This document shows, one piece after another, positions 45,514 to 55,292 of a DNA stretch of 64,000 bases. The stretch is from an uncultured Melioribacter sp. (GTDB taxonomy: Bacteria; Bacteroidota; Ignavibacteria; Kapaibacteriales; Kapaibacteriaceae), in contig CAYXKK010000008.1 of the NCBI GenBank assembly GCA_964465685.1, positions 4,121-68,120 of the forward strand, in the 5' to 3' direction. Made by a program: the position numbers and the translations under genes. The notes beneath the pieces were generated by a model, which had not been told where the DNA came from, made no database searches, and saw only the letters and a list, made by a program, of their open reading frames with translations. The number at the start of each line of letters is the position of its first letter. Position 1 is the stretch's first letter.

Positions 45514-45587
45514 TATGTTTGTCCTCTCAATGCTGCCGAGAGTGAACGTCGTTGTTGTCCATCACAAATGTACGAAGTCGATCATAT

Positions 45588-46076
45588 TCACGATTGAAAG
45601 ATTGTCCACGACGGAACGTAGATCGTGCACCACGCGAATACAAATGCAATGATGACAAGCACGAGGATGCCGACGTTTTCCATTACTGCTGATGGTTGCC
45701 GATTCGCAATGCGATCATGCATGAGCGATGCGATCCAACATGCGACGCCATACAATGCGATATCTACGACGACCACCGATGTACCAATGACCGCCTTATA
45801 CGAATAGAACCCGACGACGATGACGATGTTCATCACGATGATGCCAACTGCACGACCCAACACAGATGCGTGTTGCTGTCGACGCAGTGAACGCCACGCG
45901 TCTTGCACCATAAGCACAAGTGTTGCTCCATACCCCAACTTGAGATGCTCCCATACACTTTCGTTTACTGGTGCAATCAAACCCACGACGTCATTGAAAC
46001 CGGTTGCTGCATAGATCATGTGCCAAATCCATCCAGCGAAGAATAGTATCCAGAAGTCATCGCGTTTGTTCGTCAT
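45588..46076 (-). CDS. Hypothetical membrane protein (about 5 TM)
   Basis: Starts MTNKRDDFWILFFAGWIWHMIY..PVNESVWEHLKLGYG.. and is hydrophobic throughout. The start abuts the stop of the upstream MFS gene. Confidence 0.6.
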   Translation of the reverse strand: MTNKRDDFWILFFAGWIWHMIYAATGFNDVVGLIAPVNESVWEHLKLGYGATLVLMVQDAWRSLRRQQHASVLGRAVGIIVMNIVIVVGFYSYKAVIGTSVVVVDIALYGVACWIASLMHDRIANRQPSAVMENVGILVLVIIAFVFAWCTIYVPSWTIFQS

Positions 46077-47419
46077 TACTTCACCTCGGATGGTTGCAAT
46101 GCACGCGACAATCCGCGTGTTGCTAGGATGATGAACCCGATTCCTACTGTGGCGATGGCTGCAAGGGCATAGAACGCCCCTTGCTCACCCCAAGAACTAG
46201 AGCGCATGCGACCAAGCATGTCGGGTCCGATGTGGCCGCCAAGGTTTGTTACGGAGTTAATCAGCGCAATGCCAGCAGCTGCCGCAGAGCCGCGCAGAAA
46301 AATGGGAGGGAGTGACCACAGTGGACCGGCGTAGGAGATCGATCCACAGGTGATGATCGAGAGTGCGATGATCGAGCCCACGGCGTTGCCACGCATCTGC
46401 GCAAGCAGTAACAGACCGATCACTGATGCAGCGAAACTTGCAACAAGATGCCAGCGTCGTTCGCCTGTCCTGTCGGAATGTCGCGCGACAATCACCATGC
46501 TGATGCCTCCAAACACCCATGGTATCATCGTGAGCAACCCGGTCGTGAAGTAGTCACCCCGATCAACGCCCATCTCGTGCACGATCGTTGGCATCCAAAA
46601 GCTCACTGCGTACAGCACGATGATGCCGGAAAGATTAGTGAAACTGATAAACCACAACCGAGGATCTGTGAACGCAGCGCGAACGCTGTGCGTGCTAACA
46701 TGGTGCGATTCTGCATGCGAGCGTTTTACAGCGTCCTCAACATCCTTCCGCTGTGTATCAGATAACCACTTCGCATCCTTGGGTCCGTTCGGGAGCAGGA
46801 ACCACACGACGATACCCATCACGACCGAAGGAATTGCTTCGATGAGGAACAACCATCGCCAGCCATGCCATCCCTGGGTTCCGTGTAACCCTTCGAGGAG
46901 TGCTCCGGAGAGAGGTGCGCCGATAATGTTCGAAACAGCAATAGCCGTCATGAAGGTAGCAACGGTGCGCGCATGCATCTCCCGAGGGAACCAATACGTC
47001 AGGTACAAAATGATACCCGGGAAGAAGCCTGCTTCGGCGAGTCCAAGCAGAAACCGCAACGCATAGAGACTGAACTCGTGATGGGGCAAGCCGAACATTT
47101 CGGGTAGTGGACCCCATGGGATAACATCCACAAAGGCAAACGCACCGGAGATGATGCCCCACGTGACCATGATGCGAGCAATCCATACGCGTGCGCCGAA
47201 GCGTTCGAGCATCAGATTGCTTGGCACTTCGAAGAGGAAGTAGCCGATAAAGAAGATGCCCGCACCAAAGCCATAGACGACATCTGAGTATCCCAACTCT
47301 GCCGACATCTGAAGCTTTGCAAATCCAATGTTTACGCGGTCGAGAAACGACACGACGTAACTGAGAAACAGCACCGGCATAATCCGGCGCATGACGATGC
47401 GAAATACATCACCTGACAT
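46076..47419 (-). CDS. MFS transporter, anion:cation symporter (ACS)-like
   Basis: The N-terminus LSYVVSFLDRVNIGFAKLQM is typical of ACS-family MFS permeases, and there are 12 TM segments. Confidence 0.85.
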   Translation of the reverse strand: MSGDVFRIVMRRIMPVLFLSYVVSFLDRVNIGFAKLQMSAELGYSDVVYGFGAGIFFIGYFLFEVPSNLMLERFGARVWIARIMVTWGIISGAFAFVDVIPWGPLPEMFGLPHHEFSLYALRFLLGLAEAGFFPGIILYLTYWFPREMHARTVATFMTAIAVSNIIGAPLSGALLEGLHGTQGWHGWRWLFLIEAIPSVVMGIVVWFLLPNGPKDAKWLSDTQRKDVEDAVKRSHAESHHVSTHSVRAAFTDPRLWFISFTNLSGIIVLYAVSFWMPTIVHEMGVDRGDYFTTGLLTMIPWVFGGISMVIVARHSDRTGERRWHLVASFAASVIGLLLLAQMRGNAVGSIIALSIITCGSISYAGPLWSLPPIFLRGSAAAAGIALINSVTNLGGHIGPDMLGRMRSSSWGEQGAFYALAAIATVGIGFIILATRGLSRALQPSEVK

Positions 47420-47444
47420 TCAGCCCCCTTTATCCATCAACGTG

Positions 47445-49400
47445 TTATTGCTTAACTACGATGCTGTGCACAGCATGTCCCTCAATGCAGTACACACCAG
47501 GTGCAAGATCAGACAGCTCGACGCGGAGCGACGATTGATGTGCTGCCTCGACTTCGCGGACACACGTTCCAATATGCGACCAAACGCGATAGGTACCTGT
47601 AAGTGATGCAACGCCGTTACGCTGTATGATGACGTAGTCGCTTGTAGGGTTTGGTCCAACCTGTATGTCCGTAGTTACTTCAGCAACGCCAACAGTTCCG
47701 TCGAGTGAGAATGCACCGCGACGATACATGCCATTCGATGCAACCGTGCGTACAATTCCCGTGACGCGAACATCGGGTTGTGAACGCCGCACAACAAATC
47801 CCTGCTGACGTTCCTCAATGGCGCATCCATCGCACTGTTCGAAGTATGTCATTGCTGTTGTGAGGCATTCCGCGGCAGTGTCGGAGACACCGTAAGTGAT
47901 TATAACGCTGTCGACGTGCCGCGTAACACTGAGCGTAGGCACACCTTGACATTCCACAGCGAGGTTCATGCCCGTGACAGCTCCGTAGATCTTTCCCAAG
48001 CTCAGTCCGTCGACCGATCCATACGACCATGCGACAAAGCGCACGTCTGGGTTCGGAGAGGTGATTCGATGTTCACCGGGAAGAAGAGGTCCATCGAATG
48101 ACGTTGTTAGACTGTTCTCAATCGTATGCTTGCGTAGAACCGATGTGATAGGACGACCATCGATCTGAATACTAGCAACATCACGTTCATACGTAACGAG
48201 CGATAGGAAGTTGGCCGTCTCTGAGGGTGTGACAACGATTGCGCGATTCACCCACTGCGACCATGATGGAACAATCTGCAGTTGTGGCATGCCTGCATCG
48301 GTCGACGGATCGTCCAGAGGTTGCGTCGACTGCCATGTGATGTAGGCATAGGACTTGCCATACTGTGCGCAGAGGACAGGAGCCGATGCGTACCAAGACG
48401 TTGTCAGCTCTGTTCGCGGCGCATACCACGACTCACCGGCATTCAGCATGACATCCTCAACCGGTGTTGAAGGTGAAGATTTCCCTGTAATCCATGTACC
48501 GTCTTCAAGCGCGATAAAGCGAATCACATCACCACGATCATCCTCAACATCTATCAGCGATAGATCACGTCCACGCAGACGAGTAGGCGTATAGAGGATC
48601 GGACTCGTGAAAAAGCTCTGACCTGCGTATTTCGTCGGGAGCATTGCATCGTGCAGATTCCCACGGCCTCGCGTTGCAGGGCGCTCGTAGTTGCCAGACT
48701 TCGGCATGCTATTTGGATGACGCAACACGGCCGCCTTCTCATGTCCGCTTACCACCGCAACAGGCTGTGTACTCTCAACGACACACGATCCGGTGTAGTC
48801 TGTTGAATCATTCCGCGAGCGTCCAACCTCTTGATCGAATTGCACATACCACTGCTCACCCGCATTCAAGATTGTATCGCGTTTGCCCGCGGGAAGTGTA
48901 AGCGACACTCTCGTATCGTCAACATCAGCAACAATCGAAATTGCAGAGGTGGTGACGGTTGGCACCTCACTTGCGAGACCATATTCGTCCTGCCACCATA
49001 AGAACGGACGATACGACGTGCCCCATGCATAGCTCGGAAGATGACGCGCTGCTTCACCATGTCCGTATCCGTCTTGCATCGTCAACACAGCAAACGGCTG
49101 CGTGCCCCGTAACTCAACAGGCTCTGTTGAGCTGATCGCGATTTCAACGCTTCGACCTGCTGGAATAATCACTGACGTTCCATTGAACGTCACACGCGAG
49201 CCCGACTCCGATGTAAGGATGCATCGCTGCGTGGATGCAAACGGAGTTTCTCCCGGAGCAATCCGGGGACGTATCGTTGTGATGCGATAGCGGAGGCCTT
49301 CATCTAAGACCATCCGCCCAAGGGTATCAACTTGAGCATTGCCTGCACCTGTGCAGATGAGGAACAGCAACACGCTGAATCCAAGGGCGAACGGACGCAT
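47445..49400 (-). CDS. Secreted T9SS cargo protein, function unknown (possible IgGFc-binding-N-like beta domain)
   Basis: The ATG at 49400 gives the signal peptide MRPFALGFSVLLFLICTGAGNAQ. CTD: VGPNPTSDYVIIQ..GTYRVWSHIGTCV..GVYCIEGH..IVVKQ. Confidence 0.65.
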   Translation of the reverse strand: MRPFALGFSVLLFLICTGAGNAQVDTLGRMVLDEGLRYRITTIRPRIAPGETPFASTQRCILTSESGSRVTFNGTSVIIPAGRSVEIAISSTEPVELRGTQPFAVLTMQDGYGHGEAARHLPSYAWGTSYRPFLWWQDEYGLASEVPTVTTSAISIVADVDDTRVSLTLPAGKRDTILNAGEQWYVQFDQEVGRSRNDSTDYTGSCVVESTQPVAVVSGHEKAAVLRHPNSMPKSGNYERPATRGRGNLHDAMLPTKYAGQSFFTSPILYTPTRLRGRDLSLIDVEDDRGDVIRFIALEDGTWITGKSSPSTPVEDVMLNAGESWYAPRTELTTSWYASAPVLCAQYGKSYAYITWQSTQPLDDPSTDAGMPQLQIVPSWSQWVNRAIVVTPSETANFLSLVTYERDVASIQIDGRPITSVLRKHTIENSLTTSFDGPLLPGEHRITSPNPDVRFVAWSYGSVDGLSLGKIYGAVTGMNLAVECQGVPTLSVTRHVDSVIITYGVSDTAAECLTTAMTYFEQCDGCAIEERQQGFVVRRSQPDVRVTGIVRTVASNGMYRRGAFSLDGTVGVAEVTTDIQVGPNPTSDYVIIQRNGVASLTGTYRVWSHIGTCVREVEAAHQSSLRVELSDLAPGVYCIEGHAVHSIVVKQ

Positions 49401-49474
49401 GATAGTCTCCTTGCGAACGCGTGTAAGATAGGAGAATTTTCGCAGTAGGTTTGCTGACATTCACCACTTCATGA

Positions 49475-49849
49475 ATGCGTATGAAACCACTCACGCTCGT
49501 TCTCGTTACGGCCGCTCTGTTGATCGTCGTTGGTTGCAAGTCGTCAGCACCAGAACAACCAAACTACAAGCCAGTCGGCTCCTATAATGCCGCACCAACG
49601 GATGACGATGTGAAGGCCGCTGCAGACGCCGCCGTGCGCTCAGCGTTTTCCGATGGGAAAGCTGAAATCGTTCGTATTGAGAAGGCTGAACGTCAGATCG
49701 TTGCAGGCTTGAACTACAGGATGACAATCGTGGTGCGCCACAATAGCGTGGAGCGAACCTACGCAACCGTGGTCTGGCGCAAGCTTGATGGAACGCACGA
49801 CGTAGCCTCATGGAGCGAGGTTCGCCCCTTGAAAAAATCTGACGACTAA
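49475..49849 (+). CDS. Cystatin/stefin-like lipoprotein (putative cysteine-protease inhibitor)
   Basis: Lipobox LIVVGC, an N-terminal Gly (PVGSY), and the canonical first-hairpin motif QIVAGLNY (QxVxG, compare stefin QVVAGTNY). About 100 mature residues. Confidence 0.6.
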   Translation: MRMKPLTLVLVTAALLIVVGCKSSAPEQPNYKPVGSYNAAPTDDDVKAAADAAVRSAFSDGKAEIVRIEKAERQIVAGLNYRMTIVVRHNSVERTYATVVWRKLDGTHDVASWSEVRPLKKSDD

Positions 49850-49859
49850 GGGGCGAGCA

Positions 49860-50297
49860 TTACCGCCCGATGATGCGCCCCTCGATACGGCCAGTAGCCG
49901 ATGTCGACTGAACACGCACGGTACCAATGGCACCTTCTGCCCGACCTGTGACGTTCCATGTCGTTGAGTCGGTGGTAAACGTGTGCTGCCACAGCGTCTC
50001 TTCATTCTTCATCACCGATACCGTCACGCTACCGGATGTGAGTCCATTCACACTCCTCATCGTGATGTCGTGGAGTGTCTTCGATGGTTTGAGCATGTAG
50101 ACGGTATATGACCTCTGGAACGTGCTGTTACCCTTCCAGATGTCGATAGATACCGTGTCGCCGACTTGCGACACCAAGGTCGTATCATCGCCACTCACGC
50201 GATTGTCTGGGTTCGGATCCACAGGGTTAGGATCTGATGTTTCAGAACATGATACAAGAGCAAGTGCAGCAAGCAGGGAGAGAGTAATATTCTTCAT
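49860..50297 (-). CDS. Hypothetical lipoprotein
   Basis: The ATG at 50297 gives MKNITLSLLAALALVSCSE, which contains a lipobox. The sequence is beta-rich and about 145 aa long. Confidence 0.5.
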   Translation of the reverse strand: MKNITLSLLAALALVSCSETSDPNPVDPNPDNRVSGDDTTLVSQVGDTVSIDIWKGNSTFQRSYTVYMLKPSKTLHDITMRSVNGLTSGSVTVSVMKNEETLWQHTFTTDSTTWNVTGRAEGAIGTVRVQSTSATGRIEGRIIGR

Positions 50298-50353
50298 GTC
50301 GCAATATTGCACGCTTCTCGAACTCTACAAAGAACAGTGGTGTTATCCACCTC

Positions 50354-51118
50354 ATGAGCACTCAAACAATTCTCGACGCTACAGCTTCTCTTCGCGAGCA
50401 GCTTGAACATCATCCCATGTATGCACGTCTCACAACGGCTGAGGCCCTGGCGACGTTTATGGAGCATCACGTGTGGGCCGTGTGGGACTTTATGTCCTTG
50501 CTCAAAGCGCTTCAACGTCACCTCACGTGTGTCGATCTGCCATGGATCCCCACTGGTGATCCAGAGACACGCTTTCTCATTAACGAGATCGTTGTCGGCG
50601 AAGAAAGTGACGTCGACCGTCATGGCACGCGCATGAGTCACTTCGAAATGTACCGTGCTGCAATGAAGGGGCTCGGAGCATCCACCACTGCAATCGACAC
50701 GTTCATTGCGGATCTTCAACGCGGAACACCATGGCACGACGCACTTACTACTGCTGGTGCACCGCCGGCATGTGCTGCATTCGTGCAAGGAACGATGAGC
50801 ATCATTGAGCGCGGCAAGCCGCATGAGATTGCCAGCGTGTTTACCTACGGACGTGAAGATGTGATCCCAACGATGTTCCTTGGCATGCTTGATCACGTCG
50901 CACAGGGTGGACAGCACGTCGATGTTGAGGATCTGCGGTATTATCTACAGCGCCATATCGACGTCGATGGCGATCACCACGGTCCACTCGCCATTCGTAT
51001 GGTGGAACTCCTCTGCGGTAACGATCCCGTGCGGCTTGAAGAAGCACGCGTGGCAGCACATAACGCGCTGCAATGGCGCGTTGAGCTGTGGGATGCGATA
51101 GAGTGTGCCTGTGGGTGA
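50354..51118 (+). CDS. DUF3050-family protein (haem-oxygenase-like fold)
   Basis: HPMYARL..FMEHHVWAVWDFMSLLKALQ..LPWIPTGDP..INEIVVGEESD..SHFEMY matches my recollection of the DUF3050 (MgoB-like) signature. Confidence 0.7.
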   Translation: MSTQTILDATASLREQLEHHPMYARLTTAEALATFMEHHVWAVWDFMSLLKALQRHLTCVDLPWIPTGDPETRFLINEIVVGEESDVDRHGTRMSHFEMYRAAMKGLGASTTAIDTFIADLQRGTPWHDALTTAGAPPACAAFVQGTMSIIERGKPHEIASVFTYGREDVIPTMFLGMLDHVAQGGQHVDVEDLRYYLQRHIDVDGDHHGPLAIRMVELLCGNDPVRLEEARVAAHNALQWRVELWDAIECACG

Positions 51119-51197
51119 TTATCATTCCATTACAGGCAAGGTAATCCCGCGCTAGCGTCCGAGTTTTGCGAAACAGTTTTTCGCATTTCATCGGGGG

Positions 51198-54100
51198 ATG
51201 CGTATGCATCGTATTGGGGTACTCTTTCTTGCGTTGATCATAGCGTGTACAGGCGTACAAGCTCAGGTGACAACGACTGCTGGTGTGTATGGTGTAGTCA
51301 AGGACGAGGGTGGTCAACCTCTCGCCGGTGCATCAGTCACAATGATCCATGGACCAACAAACACCAAGGTTGGAACCTACGTCCGCAAAGACGGACGTTA
51401 CACACTTACGTCGCTTCGTGTTGGCGGACCGTACACGCTTACCGTTAAGCTCGTTGGTAAGCAGGACTTCTCGCTCACAATTGAGAAGCTTCAACTTGCA
51501 GAGAACCGTCGCGTTGATGTGGTTCTCAAAGAGGGTGCTGTTACTGGTAAGACTGTAACAGTGATTGGTGCACAGTCAGCGATTCAATCGGGTCGCACTG
51601 GTGCATCAACGGAAGTTGATGATCGCGTGATTGCTGCGTTCCCAACAATCTCTCGAAACTTCCAGGACTTTGTCCGCTTTACCCCACAATCTGCTGCAGC
51701 CGGAGCTGGTACTTCTATCGGCGGCCGCAATAACCGCTACAACAACGTGCAAATCGACGGTACGCAGTACAACGATCTGTTTGGTTTGGGATCAAACGGA
51801 ACACCTGGTAGCAGCGCGAACGTCACGCCGATCTCGCTCGATGCTATCGAAGAGTTTCAAGTTCTTGTTGCACCGTATGATGTTCGTCAAGGTCGCTTCA
51901 CAGGCGGCGGTATCAATGCAGTAACGCGCAGTGGTACCAATAAATGGACAGCGTCCGCGTACGGATTCTTCCGCAATCAGAACATGATTGGTGATCTTGT
52001 GTCGACAAACTTTTTGTCACGTGGTACAGACGGTGCAGCATTGCCTGTTGGTGAGTACCGTGATACAACGATTCGCACACCATTCTCATCGTTTTCTGAG
52101 TATCAAGTTGGTGCCCGTGTTGGTGGACCGATCATTCCAGACAAGCTGTTTATGTTTTTGAATGCCGAGAAGACGGGACGTACGCAGCCTCGGCCACAGC
52201 TTGCCTTCCAACAGAATGGTGCACTGAATCCGCTAGTTCGCTCAATCGCAGATACGGTTGGCGATATTCTTCAGACACGCTACGGATACAATCCTGGTGC
52301 CATTGATAACCAGGAAGTCAATCGTCCAAGCACGAAGATCTTTGGTCGCGTCGACTGGAATATTGACGATGCGAATCGCCTCACACTTCGCCACAACTTT
52401 GTCGACGCAAGTGATGATATCTACAATCCGTCGCGCACAGGTGTGCAGTTTGGCAACCGACTTTACACGTTTAACAGTCAGGCCAACAGTACAGTGCTTC
52501 AACTGAATTCGATGCTCTCGCCCGAGATGTCAAATGAAGTGATCGTTGGGTACACGACAATTCGCGACTTCCGGGATATCTCCGGCGATCGGTTCCCATC
52601 TATATCCATCTCAGATTCGCGCATTACAGGTATTAACATCAATGCCGGTTCCGAGAACTTCTCGTTGCGTAATCGCCTCAGCACAGACGTTATTGAAATC
52701 ACGGATAACTTCACGTACACAATGGGAGCGCATACGTTCACAGTTGGTACGCAAAATGAGTTTTTCACATTCGAGAACCTGTTTATCCGCGATAATGCTG
52801 GTACGTGGAGCTTTAACTCCCTGAACGACTTCCGAAATGGAATCGGCGCGCGACTGCAGTATTCGTTTGCACGTCCTGGCTTCGCTTCCGATTGGGCAGC
52901 ACGCTTCTCAACTGCTCAACTTGGCTTCTATGTTCAGGACGAGTGGGAAGTCACGGATCGTCTTCGTCTTACCCTTGGTCTGCGTGCAGACATGCCGCTG
53001 TTCTTCGACAAGGCATCGTACAACCCAACGGCTGACACAATCCGCTACAATGCATCTTCGGCACTGGCAGGGCAGCAACTTGGTCTGAATACGAGTGTTC
53101 TTCCTGGAAGCACAGTACTCTTCTCGCCACGTCTCGGCTTCAACTGGTCGAGTGATGATGAGAAGCCGTGGCAGATCCGCGGTGGTATCGGCATCTTCAC
53201 TGGTCGTATTCCATTTGTGTGGATTTCGAACCAGTACTCAAACACAGGTGTCGAAATCGCTCGACTCGACATTCGTACAACGTCAACGGATACGCTGCGC
53301 TTTGATCCAACCCTTAACCCACTTGACTCAAGCTTCTACAGGCGTGTCGGTAACATCACTGAGCTGAACGTCACAGCTCCTGACTTCAAGATGCCGCAGT
53401 CGCTTCGTATCGATGCCGCAGTTGACAAGGAGGTTGCGGATGGACTCTTCGTCACACTCGAAGGTCTCTACTCGCAAAACATCAACGATATCTACTACCG
53501 TGACATCAATCTTGGTGATCGTCGCGACACAACAGCGTTGGGATCACGTTTGCCAGGAGGTCGTGGTGTCTATGGCACGTATAGCGGCCGTAACACAACT
53601 CCACGTACACAGGTTGGTTCATTCGGAAGCGGTCCGTTCACGAACATCATCCAACTTGGTAACACCTCCCAAGGCTACAGCTATATGTTTTCGGCTCAGG
53701 CAAAGAAGAACTTTGAGAATGGTTGGTTCGCTAGTGTCTTCTATACATACGGTCGTTCGTTCGATCAAAACTCAGGTCTCTCTTCTCAGGCTATCTCGCA
53801 GTGGCGTTTCAACCATACGCCAGATAATCCTAATGAACTCCCTGTCACCCCATCGCTCTTCGATATTCCACATCGCTTCGTCGTGTCCCTTAGCAAGCGC
53901 TTTGAGTATGGTGGTGGTTATGCGACAACGATCAGCGCATTCTATGAACTTCGCTCAGGTCGACCGTTCTCGTATGTATACGATGGTGACTTGAACGCTG
54001 ATGGTCAGACAGAGAACGACCTGCTCTATGTGCCAAAGGACAACAACGATATTCTTCTTGGACGCGTTGTGACGCTCGGTAGCGGTGCGAATCGTCGTGA

Positions 54101-54542
54101 CTCACTCGCACGCGGATCAGCGACAACGTATTCGCAGTTCAATTCGTACATCGAGCGAGATCCATATCTCTCAACCATCCGTGGCCAAGTCGCTGAACGT
54201 TTCTCAGCTCGTGAGCCGTTTGTGCATCAACTCGACCTTCGTCTTGCGCAAGAGATTCCGAATCCGTTTGTCGACGGCCATCGCCTCGAGATAACAGTTG
54301 ACTGTATCAACTTCCTGAACCTTGTAAACAACACGTGGGGTCGCGTACAAACGGTCAATAACAACCGAGAAATGCTCCTTCGTTTCGAGGGATTGGTTAC
54401 GCCGACAATGCTACAAGATGGTACAGCCAATGCCGCAGTTGGTACGCCAATCTTCAGCTACACTGACAAGAAGAACCCATTCGGTTATGATGATTTGCTG
54501 TCACGCTACCAGATTCAGGTGGGTGTGCGGTACTCGTTCTAA
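51198..54542 (+). CDS. TonB-dependent receptor with an N-terminal carboxypeptidase-regulatory-like domain
   Basis: A signal peptide is followed by GVYGVVKDEGGQPLAGASVTM (CarboxypepD_reg), then a plug and a long barrel. The terminal ..VGVRYSF ends in the aromatic residue typical of TBDRs. Confidence 0.85.
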   Translation: MRMHRIGVLFLALIIACTGVQAQVTTTAGVYGVVKDEGGQPLAGASVTMIHGPTNTKVGTYVRKDGRYTLTSLRVGGPYTLTVKLVGKQDFSLTIEKLQLAENRRVDVVLKEGAVTGKTVTVIGAQSAIQSGRTGASTEVDDRVIAAFPTISRNFQDFVRFTPQSAAAGAGTSIGGRNNRYNNVQIDGTQYNDLFGLGSNGTPGSSANVTPISLDAIEEFQVLVAPYDVRQGRFTGGGINAVTRSGTNKWTASAYGFFRNQNMIGDLVSTNFLSRGTDGAALPVGEYRDTTIRTPFSSFSEYQVGARVGGPIIPDKLFMFLNAEKTGRTQPRPQLAFQQNGALNPLVRSIADTVGDILQTRYGYNPGAIDNQEVNRPSTKIFGRVDWNIDDANRLTLRHNFVDASDDIYNPSRTGVQFGNRLYTFNSQANSTVLQLNSMLSPEMSNEVIVGYTTIRDFRDISGDRFPSISISDSRITGININAGSENFSLRNRLSTDVIEITDNFTYTMGAHTFTVGTQNEFFTFENLFIRDNAGTWSFNSLNDFRNGIGARLQYSFARPGFASDWAARFSTAQLGFYVQDEWEVTDRLRLTLGLRADMPLFFDKASYNPTADTIRYNASSALAGQQLGLNTSVLPGSTVLFSPRLGFNWSSDDEKPWQIRGGIGIFTGRIPFVWISNQYSNTGVEIARLDIRTTSTDTLRFDPTLNPLDSSFYRRVGNITELNVTAPDFKMPQSLRIDAAVDKEVADGLFVTLEGLYSQNINDIYYRDINLGDRRDTTALGSRLPGGRGVYGTYSGRNTTPRTQVGSFGSGPFTNIIQLGNTSQGYSYMFSAQAKKNFENGWFASVFYTYGRSFDQNSGLSSQAISQWRFNHTPDNPNELPVTPSLFDIPHRFVVSLSKRFEYGGGYATTISAFYELRSGRPFSYVYDGDLNADGQTENDLLYVPKDNNDILLGRVVTLGSGANRRDSLARGSATTYSQFNSYIERDPYLSTIRGQVAERFSAREPFVHQLDLRLAQEIPNPFVDGHRLEITVDCINFLNLVNNTWGRVQTVNNNREMLLRFEGLVTPTMLQDGTANAAVGTPIFSYTDKKNPFGYDDLLSRYQIQVGVRYSF

Positions 54543-54566
54543 CGTGTAACGTTGCAGTACTCCATT

Positions 54567-54605
54567 GCGGCCATATCCTACAAAGGATATGGCCGCATTT
54601 GCTTT
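54567..54605 (+). terminator. Rho-independent terminator after the TonB-dependent receptor
   Basis: GCGGCCATATCC-TACAAA-GGATATGGCCGC is a perfect 12-bp stem followed by ATTTGCTTT. Confidence 0.75.
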
Positions 54606-54685
54606 GGCCGAAGCTTTGTAAAATCATTGGCCAGTGTCGTGACCCCCGTCACACAGCCTTACTTGCGTGCAACGTAGATTCGCAC

Positions 54686-55288
54686 ATGAACAATCCATGG
54701 GACGAGCGATACTCTACGGCCGACTATGTGTATGGCACTGAGCCAAACGACTTCTTACGCGAGCAAGCACATCGCATTACGCCGGGCGGACGTGTGCTGT
54801 GTATTGCTGATGGTGAGGGACGGAATGGAGTGTATCTAGCCCGTCTGGGATATGATGTCACAAGCGTCGATGCGTCGCGCGTAGGTCTGGAAAAAGCTGC
54901 CGCACTCGCAGCGTCACACAACGTCTCAATAACGACTGTTCATGCTAATCTCGCAGACTTCGGCTTCGGCGTCGAACAATGGGATGCCGTGGTGTCGATA
55001 TTCTGTCACCTTCCCCAAGAACTCCGTTCGCGTGTACACGCCGCAATTCCCGCATCACTCCGTCACAACGGTGTTATGATTCTCGAGGCCTACACGGTCG
55101 ATCAGCTATCGCACCGGACCGGAGGACCACCTGTGCCCGAGTTGATGATGTCGGAAGATCAGCTCAAACACGACTTCACATCGCTACTCGTCATTGCGTG
55201 CGACGAGCGCACACGCATGATACACGAAGGCACACTTCATAATGGTTTGAGCGCCACAGTTCAGTTGGTCGCACAACGAAAGGGATAG
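54686..55288 (+). CDS. Class I SAM-dependent methyltransferase (TehB-like)
   Basis: Start is set at ATG 54686 (MNNPWDERYS..); the upstream part of the track ORF runs through the terminator. Motif I is RVLCIADGEGRNGVYLA. Confidence 0.75.
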   Translation: MNNPWDERYSTADYVYGTEPNDFLREQAHRITPGGRVLCIADGEGRNGVYLARLGYDVTSVDASRVGLEKAAALAASHNVSITTVHANLADFGFGVEQWDAVVSIFCHLPQELRSRVHAAIPASLRHNGVMILEAYTVDQLSHRTGGPPVPELMMSEDQLKHDFTSLLVIACDERTRMIHEGTLHNGLSATVQLVAQRKG

Positions 55289-55292
55289 CATC

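Noticed and set aside
51113-51130. Fur-box-like sequence TGATTATCATTCCA about 70 nt upstream of the TonB-dependent receptor.
   Set aside because: It matches only about 10 of 14 positions of the enterobacterial consensus and lies inside the end of the DUF3050 coding sequence. FCB Fur sites may differ, so the evidence is too weak to call.
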